A stretch of DNA of 41,633 bases, taken from NCBI GenBank assembly GCA_964636085.1, contig CAZWPQ010000008.1, positions 1-41,633 of the forward strand. The letters run 5' to 3'. Position numbers and translations under genes: made by a program. The notes under the pieces were generated by a model. That model saw only the letters and a program-made list of their open reading frames with translations. It made no database searches and was not told the origin of the DNA. Shown here in pieces: positions 21,009 to 29,938 of this stretch. Position 1 is the first letter of the stretch; every line of letters begins with the position of its first letter. This stretch comes from an uncultured Nitrososphaerota archaeon (GTDB lineage Archaea > Asgardarchaeota > Njordarchaeia > Njordarchaeales > Panguiarchaeaceae).

Positions 21009-21959
21009 GTGGTTATAATAATGAAGAAGCACCTAATATTATTGCTAGAGCCATACAAAGTAGATAGCGAGATGTATGAAGACATAGCAGATACAGTGGT
21101 TGTTGAGAGGGTCGACGGTATATTCTGGCTGGACTATGACCTAATATCAAACTATGACAAGATTGTTATCGTATATAGATATGCCCCAACAAGGGATCTA
21201 GTATTGGAATTGCTAAGGAGACTGGAGAACACAGAGATAGTTTATGTGCCAGATACATATGAAGGGGGAGGCATCTCAAAGAGGATTCTATATAAGCTAT
21301 CATCACTATTGGCCTCTATAGACTGTAATGATTGCGTATTGTCTAGAATAATCGCGTTTAAAACTGGAATACTCACAGAAAGTATCCCAATTAGAGTCCC
21401 CCTCATTCTTCCAAGCATCCTAACAAACATAAAATTTAAAGGCAAGATGGATACATATCCATGCGAATATCCGAAAAAGGAATGCGGCCCTATAGAAGTA
21501 GGATTAGTCGCATCGAGCCTCATAAGGATTGGTCTCTGGTCTGGGCAATTACTAAGGATGCTGAAGTTTTCCTTTCTAGGCATAGTGACACTATTACTAA
21601 GTGAGTTTCTGTTATGGTATATAACCAAATATGTTGGATTTGAATACTACATATCCGCACTTTTTGCATCCCAAATAACAAATACCGTCGCATATATTCT
21701 CAATGAGTTTATCGTGTTCACTAATATTCCAAAAAGAATATCCTCAGTAGTCTCACGGTTCCTTAAATTCATGTTAGCATCGTGGGTTTCTGCATTAGTT
21801 GGCTGGACAACCCTAGTATTCTTGACTGAAATCTTCGACATACCTTACCTTATATCGAACATCTTTGGAATAATAGTTGGGTCAATAATATTATTTCTCC
21901 TAAGCTTTGAGAACATATGGGTTGGTAAAATATCACTAGGAAAAGTGATGAAAAAATAA
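21009..21959 (+). CDS. GtrA-domain membrane protein with degenerate GT2 (DPM synthase-like) N-terminal domain
   Basis: C-terminal four-TM GtrA pattern (LKFSFLG...YILNEFIVF...RFLKF...PYLISNIFGI); N-terminal part follows the DPM1-like layout without a DxD. Confidence 0.7.
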   Translation: MVIIMKKHLILLLEPYKVDSEMYEDIADTVVVERVDGIFWLDYDLISNYDKIVIVYRYAPTRDLVLELLRRLENTEIVYVPDTYEGGGISKRILYKLSSLLASIDCNDCVLSRIIAFKTGILTESIPIRVPLILPSILTNIKFKGKMDTYPCEYPKKECGPIEVGLVASSLIRIGLWSGQLLRMLKFSFLGIVTLLLSEFLLWYITKYVGFEYYISALFASQITNTVAYILNEFIVFTNIPKRISSVVSRFLKFMLASWVSALVGWTTLVFLTEIFDIPYLISNIFGIIVGSIILFLLSFENIWVGKISLGKVMKK

Positions 21960-21979
21960 AAAATGAAGAAAGAAGAAAC

Positions 21980-24900
21980 CTATCCTTTCCTCCTCAACAA
22001 CAACATTGCCGATATGAATATAACAACTATGACTGTTCCGATGAGTGCTATCGTTTTTGGCGTCGCTATACCACCACCAGTTTTCGTTGTTGCCGTTGTT
22101 GGTTGGGCCACATATATAAATATAGTATCCACACTTACTAGTCCCAACTCATCATAAAAAGCAATCGTTACATTAAATGTACCTGTTGCGTTCGCGACAA
22201 ATTCATACGATATTAAGTCGCCAGATCCCCATGAATCTGCTTCTACAAGTGATTCATTAACATATATATAATACACGTGCGGAGAATAATCCTCAGCCGA
22301 CCAGTTCAGTAGTACTACATCCCCAATATCTAATGTGTAGTTGTCATTAGGCGATAAGATAATATTCGGTGCTTCTGCTGGAAGTACATGGATTGTCGCA
22401 TTGGCCGTAGCAGAGTTACCAAAAAGGTCATATGCGACTATGTCTATTATGTACGTGCCCGCACTGGCTATGTATGAAGCGATATTTGTAGATATTACCT
22501 GTCCTGAAGTATATGAATTCCTTTCGACTTCAGAACCATTAATATTTATGATATAGTGGGAGGGCGTAGTGTCGGTAATGCTAAATTTCACATAGGACTC
22601 CAATCCAAGCTCAAAGGTATAGGATGTAACGTTTATCAGTGATATTACTGGTGGTGTTAAATCAGCAATTGTGCTTATCCACATAGCAACTATTAGTTTA
22701 TCGACATAACCAGTTATGTTGGCTCTACCATACCCAACAATATCGAACTGGACATGGTTTAGGGTAGCCGTTGATAGGTCTGTTGATGTATATCTAGAAA
22801 GCAGAATATAGTCACCTGTAGCGACATCATCGACAAAGGACGCTCCCACGGCACTATTCACGTGGTAATATTTTGCATAACTCTTCAATATTATAGAGTC
22901 TACAAGGTCCCATGAAATATATCTCGAGGGTGCATAGGGCGAACATGAATAGTACATATATGTCATACCACCAATACCCACGGACTGTGCCAATATGCTG
23001 TATCCATATAGGTATGATTGGCCTATGAGATAGACCATTGAGGTTTCATTTTCGGCAATGTTTACGTTTGAAAGGTTAGCGGTGCTATTCATAAGAACAA
23101 GTGAGTGCAGGAATACATACTGTATACTGATGGAGCTATTATATACATGCAAATCCGTACCATTGAGCAATGCATATTCTAAATACATAGTAGAGTTAGC
23201 GATCATAAGGGTGCCGTTGGTAAAGCTTACATATTGTGCATATGCGCTAGAGTTAGCAATATAGACGCCATTAGTTGCGTTTATATGATCTATAGACAAA
23301 TGATTCTGAGCCATCATGAATAGTCCATTACTTATAAACAGACAGAAGCTAATGTCTACATCGGAACCAGTAATAAGGGTTGGCGGGGGCTCCTCAATCA
23401 CGCTACCATTTACTGTTGAATTCTCGAGAATTATCCCATCATTTGCAAGGAGAAACATCATTACGAACTCCGAATTTGAAATATATACATCGCCTCCAAA
23501 CGAGAACACTAGGAAGTAACTAGAGTTTATTATCGAGAGAGATAGTGTACCAACATCATGGCCAACGATACAATCAACAATACGGCCTATGCTACTAGAC
23601 GCATCATAGTATAGCAAATTAATATAGCCTGATGGCAAAACATTATTGTCAATGGTGACGCTACCAGATGTATATAAGTAATTGTTAAGTACGCTATATA
23701 CAATAGAACCAACAATAGTCACATTGTGGAAAACATAAAATATTCTCTCATAAATTTCTGAGTTTTCTACATATATGTCACCTAGACCTAGAGCCTCAAT
23801 TATCGAAACATTAGATAGCTTGACATATGCATCTACTGTTGACAATCCATGCTGTAGCAAATCCTCTATGTCTCCAAGCTGAAGACTGTAGAAAATATTC
23901 GATAATGTTACATTGACAAAACCATGGACAAGCTTAACATTGTCAGCATGGCTATTGTAAAGGAGAATAGTTCCATTGAAAACAGATATTATTCCGATAT
24001 TCGAGTCCAATATGTTGAATTGACCACTATATGCGTATATCTGTTGTGCTGTGGAATTTAGGAGGTCAATTTCGCCATCTTCCATAGTGATATCCCCGAT
24101 GTTGATGATGTTAATAATGTGTATTTGTGAATAGCCCTCACTGTAGATATCTATGTGTACGTATGGATCAACAGTGGCGTTAAGATATAGTTCGGAAGAA
24201 TTTATGTAGAATTCTACGTAGTATTCAATCTCAGGATATAGGGGAAGTATTGTTGATTCTTTGTATTCGCATGAGGCATTCACCAGCACGATGCTGTCGA
24301 GATATATATCTCCCTCTATGTAGCTATATGCAGAGAAGACTCCAGAGACAAGATTTCCAGTATAGTTCACTAGGACATTATCGATAATAATGAATAGTCC
24401 TCCAACAAGTATATAGTTCGTATAGATATTTCCCGTGGCATTAACATAGTATAGTTCGAGGGGAGACTCGTCAACATAGATTATTAGGTCAGTTGATGAT
24501 GAGTTGGAAATATATGAACTATAGAAATATCCATGAGTTTTATGAAGTTCTATTCTATCCGTAGAGAACATGTAGGAATGCGAAACATTCAATAATGAAC
24601 AATTCTCCATATACATGTAGGGGGATTCTAGAGTGCTATTAACAATAAATAGGGAGGATCCATCCTCCACCCATATATAGGGATAATATACGACTGATGA
24701 GTTCAGTATGACCATTGAGTTGAAACCATTTATGTCTAGGTATCCGAGATCCGCATTCCCTATGTATACATTGGAGCTATATAAATTCATGCTTACTCCT
24801 GAAGAATTGAGTCCACATGCAGTAATGTTGGATCTTATGCTATAAATATCTACTTCGCCATTAATGAGCTCGACTGTTTCTACCTCATAAACATTTAAAC

Positions 24901-26068
24901 TAGCCGAACCGTTTACCTCGACATAGGTGGCCCCGACGGCAATGATTATATCCGTCGTATTTAGATACGCTATATATCCTCCCGATGCCTGATAGTTCGG
25001 ATATGAACTGCTAGACCAAATGGATGAATCCTCAATAGTTAATGACCCGTTATGGACGTCCGAGTAGTATAGTTCCTGAACATATGTGTCATATAGATAT
25101 AGTATGTTTCCAGAATATGTATATATGGTCTCGATAGACGAATTAGATATCTGCCCTGATGGTCCTGGAGTACTTGGTTCGTGCTCTGAATACATGCCCA
25201 TATATAAATATGAAACATTGCACCCACTGATAGTAATAATGGACTCGGAAAATGCCTCAATGGATGAAATATTACTGTTAAATGCCACAAGATTACTGGA
25301 ATCCGAAACATAGATTGCATCGAATGTACTAGAGGTAGCCCCTATTACGGAGTTGTTATATGCATATATATAACCATAGAACGCACTCCGCGAAAGATTA
25401 GCGCATGAGGTATCATATAGATATATATCTGTCATCCCTATGGATCCACCGCAGTCATAGGCAGATATTGTAGCATTGTCATACAAGTTTATATGTAGAT
25501 TACTGATGTAACAGCTACTTAGATATAGTGTACTTTCACCAGAGGCATCCATATTGGAGGAGCTAATATTGGCCTCAACGTATACGGATCCATAATCTGT
25601 AGCATTTATGTACATATATGATATAGGGCCATAAATATAGACATGTGCATATTCAGAGACAAATATAACTAAGTTATCTACAAGGCGCCCCTCAGAATCA
25701 ATTACGACTTCTGCGTTTCCACTAGCATTTATAAGTAATTGGGATAGATTGACACGGAAATCTCTGATGAGCAAGTATGCATTATCAGACACAAAGATTG
25801 TGGTAGGATAGCCCTCAAAAGTAACATTCTCTATAAGAACCGTGGATTGATTATCTATGAATATTGATGTTCCATTGAAGGTACAGTTCCAAACATGAAC
25901 ATTATAAATAGAGGCCCCACCAGGCCCTCTTGTATGGATCCTATTCAGTTGTAGTGATGATTCTTTCTCTACGCTTATCTGCCCAATATGTAGCCTTGGT
26001 GGTGCAAATAGACTTACAATAATGCTGACTATCAGGAGTATAGATATCGACATCTTTGAAGAGTCCAT
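21980..26068 (-). CDS. Giant cell-surface glycoprotein, paralogue of 10989-15578
   Basis: Signal peptide; beta-helix-like region; shared motifs PSTPGPSG / PTSAPGPFG, NYQASG, LNWSAxDxxP..Y.IY.N; TM + RRKG. Confidence 0.8.
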   Translation of the reverse strand: MDSSKMSISILLIVSIIVSLFAPPRLHIGQISVEKESSLQLNRIHTRGPGGASIYNVHVWNCTFNGTSIFIDNQSTVLIENVTFEGYPTTIFVSDNAYLLIRDFRVNLSQLLINASGNAEVVIDSEGRLVDNLVIFVSEYAHVYIYGPISYMYINATDYGSVYVEANISSSNMDASGESTLYLSSCYISNLHINLYDNATISAYDCGGSIGMTDIYLYDTSCANLSRSAFYGYIYAYNNSVIGATSSTFDAIYVSDSSNLVAFNSNISSIEAFSESIITISGCNVSYLYMGMYSEHEPSTPGPSGQISNSSIETIYTYSGNILYLYDTYVQELYYSDVHNGSLTIEDSSIWSSSSYPNYQASGGYIAYLNTTDIIIAVGATYVEVNGSASLNVYEVETVELINGEVDIYSIRSNITACGLNSSGVSMNLYSSNVYIGNADLGYLDINGFNSMVILNSSVVYYPYIWVEDGSSLFIVNSTLESPYMYMENCSLLNVSHSYMFSTDRIELHKTHGYFYSSYISNSSSTDLIIYVDESPLELYYVNATGNIYTNYILVGGLFIIIDNVLVNYTGNLVSGVFSAYSYIEGDIYLDSIVLVNASCEYKESTILPLYPEIEYYVEFYINSSELYLNATVDPYVHIDIYSEGYSQIHIINIINIGDITMEDGEIDLLNSTAQQIYAYSGQFNILDSNIGIISVFNGTILLYNSHADNVKLVHGFVNVTLSNIFYSLQLGDIEDLLQHGLSTVDAYVKLSNVSIIEALGLGDIYVENSEIYERIFYVFHNVTIVGSIVYSVLNNYLYTSGSVTIDNNVLPSGYINLLYYDASSSIGRIVDCIVGHDVGTLSLSIINSSYFLVFSFGGDVYISNSEFVMMFLLANDGIILENSTVNGSVIEEPPPTLITGSDVDISFCLFISNGLFMMAQNHLSIDHINATNGVYIANSSAYAQYVSFTNGTLMIANSTMYLEYALLNGTDLHVYNSSISIQYVFLHSLVLMNSTANLSNVNIAENETSMVYLIGQSYLYGYSILAQSVGIGGMTYMYYSCSPYAPSRYISWDLVDSIILKSYAKYYHVNSAVGASFVDDVATGDYILLSRYTSTDLSTATLNHVQFDIVGYGRANITGYVDKLIVAMWISTIADLTPPVISLINVTSYTFELGLESYVKFSITDTTPSHYIININGSEVERNSYTSGQVISTNIASYIASAGTYIIDIVAYDLFGNSATANATIHVLPAEAPNIILSPNDNYTLDIGDVVLLNWSAEDYSPHVYYIYVNESLVEADSWGSGDLISYEFVANATGTFNVTIAFYDELGLVSVDTIFIYVAQPTTATTKTGGGIATPKTIALIGTVIVVIFISAMLLLRRKG

Positions 26069-26095
26069 TCTTATACACCTAACATGCGGTTTTTA

Positions 26096-26131
26096 GGTAG
26101 AATACACACCCCAAAAAGTGTGTATTCTACC
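26096..26131 (-). promoter_or_regulatory. Perfect 14 bp inverted repeat in the leader of the surface-protein gene
   Basis: GGTAGAATACACAC-CCCAAAAA-GTGTGTATTCTACC, between a TTTATAA box (~26169-26178) and the RBS/ATG at 26068. Confidence 0.7.
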
Positions 26132-26174
26132 CTCGATAGTTCAATGAAATAAATGATGTTTAACTTACTTATAA

Positions 26175-26291
26175 ATTTTTCTATTACTAATAGTTAGAAG
26201 ATATATGTCTTAGGGACTGGCTATTTTTTCCTACCTTGCATTAGTGTTCTGGAAGTCAAGTATACATGCCTGTCTCCCAATTCTACGTATT
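26175..26291. repeat. Direct repeat copy 1: duplicate of the fen1 3' end and downstream sequence
   Basis: TTTTTCTATTACTAATAGTTAGAA...CCTACCTTGCATTAGTGTTCTGGAAGTCAAGTATAC.TGCCTGTCTCCCAATTCT.CG.ATT matches 27354-27467. Confidence 0.92.
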
Positions 26292-26449
26292 GTTGCGCGC
26301 GTATCTGTATTCTTGGATGGTTGTAGGGGGCCTTGTAGTGTCCATATTTTCCCTTTGTTCAGGTAGTAGTGTATCATGTAGCCGCATTCTGGGCATGTTT
26401 TGTCTTGTCTTGTTAGGCTTATCGTGGTGTTTATCTCATTTTTTGTCAC
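26231..26449 (-). CDS. Possible small protein or gene fragment: CPECG knuckle fused to the duplicated FEN1 tail with PIP box
   Basis: 72 aa ORF ending RRIGRQACILDFQNTNAR; GTG start uncertain. Confidence 0.3.
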   Translation of the reverse strand: MTKNEINTTISLTRQDKTCPECGYMIHYYLNKGKIWTLQGPLQPSKNTDTRATIRRIGRQACILDFQNTNAR

Positions 26450-26683
26450 CTGTTTTTCGTAATATACTGTAATATTTCATTTAGAAATCTATGAGGCTGT
26501 ATGAGACATATTGATTCTACTGCCCCGTGTTTCCATTTAGAAGCCATAAAAACGCCCTAAATAGCTTGTTTTGCGACAAATCTATCTGCTTTTACTGTGT
26601 CTGCGGTTTTTTATTGCAGTTGTGATTTGTGTTTAGTGATCAGGCTAGCTATTGTGGATATTTTGATTTTTTTGTTGTTTGGC

Positions 26684-27037
26684 CTAGCAATCTATTGGTT
26701 TTGCGCCATGTTTATAGATGACGATTATCCTATGCTTAGGAAAATAAGCATTTAATGTTTCATTTATGATGCGTGCAAGGGCCCTCATATCGGGTTTCCG
26801 AACACGCCATCTTATGTGTATGACTCCTGTTATCTTATCCTTTAGCTCAATTCCTTGTTCTCTTATATCATAATCCTTGGATATAATGATTTCACCATTG
26901 TTAATTGCTTCCTTGATTAGTGTGCTATTCTCTATCCCTGGCCTCGCTATTCTAACCTGATATCCCATTTTTCTTAGCTCTTCCGCTAGGTCAGGATCTG
27001 GTATATCGTTATCCAGTATTATTTTTAGAGACCTCAA
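26684..27037 (-). CDS. DUF5615 / Mut7-C-type PIN-like toxin (VapC45-like)
   Basis: IILDNDIP..LAEELRKMGYQV...IIISKDYDI...GVIHIR; overlaps the DUF433 gene. Confidence 0.8.
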   Translation of the reverse strand: MRSLKIILDNDIPDPDLAEELRKMGYQVRIARPGIENSTLIKEAINNGEIIISKDYDIREQGIELKDKITGVIHIRWRVRKPDMRALARIINETLNAYFPKHRIIVIYKHGAKPIDC

Positions 27038-27311
27038 TTGGGTCTATACCTCTTAGCATCCATCTTGCGTATAGTATTGCAGCCACCACATCTTCTTTGG
27101 TGATGAATGGTATTATTTTCGTTATTTCTTCAATTGTGTTGCCCGCAGCCAGGTAGTCGAGGATTGCTTCAACCGAGACTCTCGTCCCCTTGATTATTGG
27201 CTTCCCAAATCCAATTTTCTTGTCTTTTGTGATCCTCTTAGATATAAGTTTTATTTCTTTCCAGTCTTCTTCATCCAAAAATCTAAGCATATGAATTGCC
27301 ATACGACTCAC
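27009..27311 (-). CDS. DUF433 family antitoxin (VapB45-like)
   Basis: GKPIIKGTRVSVEAILDYLAAGNTIEEI...ITKEDVVAAILYA. Confidence 0.9.
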   Translation of the reverse strand: MSRMAIHMLRFLDEEDWKEIKLISKRITKDKKIGFGKPIIKGTRVSVEAILDYLAAGNTIEEITKIIPFITKEDVVAAILYARWMLRGIDPIEVSKNNTG

Positions 27312-27353
27312 ATTATTACTATTTTTATTTTATGTCATTAATCTTTTATTAAG

Positions 27354-27467
27354 ATTTTTCTATTACTAATAGTTAGAATATATGTAGCTAGGGGGTGGCT
27401 ATTCTCCTACCTTGCATTAGTGTTCTGGAAGTCAAGTATACTTGCCTGTCTCCCAATTCTGCGCATT
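27354..27467. repeat. Direct repeat copy 2 (native fen1 3' end and downstream)
   Basis: Matches 26175-26291. Confidence 0.92.
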
Positions 27468-28441
27468 CCTCTCATCGCGGTGGTTATCTGGTTTTTTACT
27501 CTTTGTTTGGAGAAATTGTGCTCATATACGAGAAACTCTATAAGCTCGTCTACTCTGGGCTCCTCAAATATGATCTTATACTTTTCCCTTATGGGAGGAT
27601 TCACAAATATCTTCCGTATATCGCTTGGACTTATGTCCCATCTCCATTCGATTTTTTTCAACTCTATAAGTCTATCAACACTATGATATGTCCTGATAAG
27701 CTTGTAGGCTTTTTTTGGGCCTATTCCCCTAAACCCCCCAGGATTATAGTCGGTTCCCAGCAGGATCCCCAGTTCAATGAGTTCCTCCATACTCAAATGC
27801 AACTTTTCTAAAAACTCTCTAAGCTCATAAAGCATTGTAGGGAGGTAATCATCAACCGTTATTTTCCAATGCATTATCATTCTTGGAGATCCATACAGGA
27901 ATGCGTCCCAGTCTCTAGTCGCCAAGGCAAAAGCATCATTCCTCTTTACCATGTATGCGGCCTGGGCCTCAGCATCATGGATGGCCTTGATATATGGTAT
28001 ACCAAGTAATTCTAGGAGCCTTTTTGTCTCAGAAATCATTCTATCCGTTACGAACATGGCCCTCTTTCCTAATTTTACTGCGTTTTCAACATCACCCTTT
28101 CTAACAGCCTCGATAAATTTATGGTAAAACTTTTGTTTTTCCTCCTTTCGTTGTTTTAGGATCCTCTGTTTAAGGGGATGAGGTGGCCCATCAAACACAT
28201 ATATGGATCTAATACCCATACTGAGTAGCCTGCATTCTCTATTGAATATTCCTACTAGATGCGATGTTATTCTGCCTTCCGAATCAACGAGAAAATATCC
28301 ATCAGGGCCTCTAATCATGGCTAACATTTGATATATCGTGACTAAGGCATCGACAACAATAACCCTGCCTCTCAAAAACTTGGCATCTACAAGTTTCCCA
28401 GCCCCAAACTCCCTAGCAAGGGGGCCAAGTCTTATTCCCAA
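27407..28441 (-). CDS. fen: Flap endonuclease 1 (divergent)
   Basis: MGI start, VDA..IYQ..IRGPDG, TSHLVG, YVFDG, EAQAA, GTDYNPGGFRGIGPKKA, C-terminal PIP box QASILDF. Confidence 0.92.
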   Translation of the reverse strand: MGIRLGPLAREFGAGKLVDAKFLRGRVIVVDALVTIYQMLAMIRGPDGYFLVDSEGRITSHLVGIFNRECRLLSMGIRSIYVFDGPPHPLKQRILKQRKEEKQKFYHKFIEAVRKGDVENAVKLGKRAMFVTDRMISETKRLLELLGIPYIKAIHDAEAQAAYMVKRNDAFALATRDWDAFLYGSPRMIMHWKITVDDYLPTMLYELREFLEKLHLSMEELIELGILLGTDYNPGGFRGIGPKKAYKLIRTYHSVDRLIELKKIEWRWDISPSDIRKIFVNPPIREKYKIIFEEPRVDELIEFLVYEHNFSKQRVKNQITTAMRGMRRIGRQASILDFQNTNAR

Positions 28442-28472
28442 AATTGTACACCACTAAAGAAAAGTATTGGTT

Positions 28473-29147
28473 CTACCAGTAGTCATACTCCTCCTCAAAG
28501 CCGTGATATACCACTATTATATGCTCCTCGAGAGGCCTTGGTTTTGGATGTGCTTTCTTGTGGAACCATGCAAATAAAAAACCGCCAATCATCCCGCCCA
28601 AGTGGGCCGTATGGGCTATGGAATCAAGTACAGCTGTGAGGAAATATATCAGTTCCAAAAAGGCGAAAAAGAATAATAATGCCCAAGCTGGGAGTATAAT
28701 AAAACCTACGAAGAAAAACACGCCAAGTCTTCTATGTGGATATAGCGTAGCATATGCGGCCATTACTCCAAATATTGCCCCGGATGCGCCCACAGCGGGT
28801 ATGTCTCCACGTGGCGTCAGCAGAATATGTAGCCCTGCACCAGTTAGTCCCGATATAAAGTATAATGCGATAAACTTTTTATGTCCAAAAACCTGCTCGC
28901 ATTCTGGGCCAAAAATGAATAACGCATACATGTTCATAAAAATGTGTATTAAATCGTAATGCAGAAACATATGGGTAACTAATGTATATAGTGCTTCTCC
29001 GTGTATTATCCTATTGGGTATAAGACCCAGCGACCATAGTACTTCGCTGTCGGCCAATCTTACAATGAACATGGCTACATTGATCATAATTAGTGTTTTC
29101 ACCACTTTTGGCTCGAAACCTCGGTCATATGTGGGGATGTAGTACAT
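28473..29147 (-). CDS. Rhomboid family intramembrane serine protease (second paralogue)
   Basis: THMFLHYDLIHIFMNM, GASGAIFG, AHTAHLGG. Confidence 0.93.
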   Translation of the reverse strand: MYYIPTYDRGFEPKVVKTLIMINVAMFIVRLADSEVLWSLGLIPNRIIHGEALYTLVTHMFLHYDLIHIFMNMYALFIFGPECEQVFGHKKFIALYFISGLTGAGLHILLTPRGDIPAVGASGAIFGVMAAYATLYPHRRLGVFFFVGFIILPAWALLFFFAFLELIYFLTAVLDSIAHTAHLGGMIGGFLFAWFHKKAHPKPRPLEEHIIVVYHGFEEEYDYW

Positions 29148-29206
29148 TTATAGACACCAACTACTTGTTAATATTAAAAATACTATAAAATACTAGGGTT
29201 ATAGAA

Positions 29207-29938
29207 ATGCACAACATGAGAATCAGTGAGGAATTTAGGGGTGGAATTTTAAGACACACATACACTATTATGATATTTTTTATTGTCTATTTGGCGTTTC
29301 ATTATATTATAGGCACAGTCATGGTTAGTAGGGCTGTAGTTCCGGATTTGGATATTGACTATTCGATTCCATACATGGAGATATTTGTTATTCCATACAT
29401 CTTTGGGTTTTACGGGTTCTTGTTTTTATCTTGTCTCTTCTATGTTTTATCGGATGATGAATTCTTCTGGAGGTTTGTTTACTCTCTTATCATTGCCTCG
29501 AGCATTGCATTCACAATTTTTTTGCTGTATCCAACAAAAATTGTTCTGCGGCCCAAAACTATGCCAAATACTTTCCTATCGAGATTGATGTCGAAGTATT
29601 ATATTAGAGATGTTGAGGCCAACTCACTTCCAAGTGCCCACACGTTTTTCTCGTGGGTCATCTCATTGAATCTGATGAGGGATCTTAAGAATGTAAAGGT
29701 GAAGATATCCGCATTACTCATGGCTATTGCAGTAAGTCTTTCCACATTATTTGTCAGACAACACTATGTCCTAGATGTGATAGCGGGGATAGTTGTTGGT
29801 TTTGTATCCTTTATTGTGGCATCAAAGTTTGCTAGAACATCTAAAGATTTTGAGTTACTGGTAGTGCCTCCACTCCGATATTTACCCGTGTCCCTCACTC
29901 TGCTCTATGTCCTTTTAATACTCTTCCTACTCATTTAG
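29207..29938 (+). CDS. PAP2 superfamily membrane phosphatase/phosphotransferase
   Basis: ANSLPSAH and RQHYVLDVIAG motifs; multiple TMs. Confidence 0.85.
   Translation: MHNMRISEEFRGGILRHTYTIMIFFIVYLAFHYIIGTVMVSRAVVPDLDIDYSIPYMEIFVIPYIFGFYGFLFLSCLFYVLSDDEFFWRFVYSLIIASSIAFTIFLLYPTKIVLRPKTMPNTFLSRLMSKYYIRDVEANSLPSAHTFFSWVISLNLMRDLKNVKVKISALLMAIAVSLSTLFVRQHYVLDVIAGIVVGFVSFIVASKFARTSKDFELLVVPPLRYLPVSLTLLYVLLILFLLI

Larger units (their letters stand above)
26175..27467. mobile_element. Small islet bounded by fen1-derived direct repeats (probable remnant of an integrated element)
   Basis: att-like duplication of a gene 3' end flanking a TA pair; strand-skewed composition at 26290-26680; no integrase inside. 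Confidence 0.55.
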
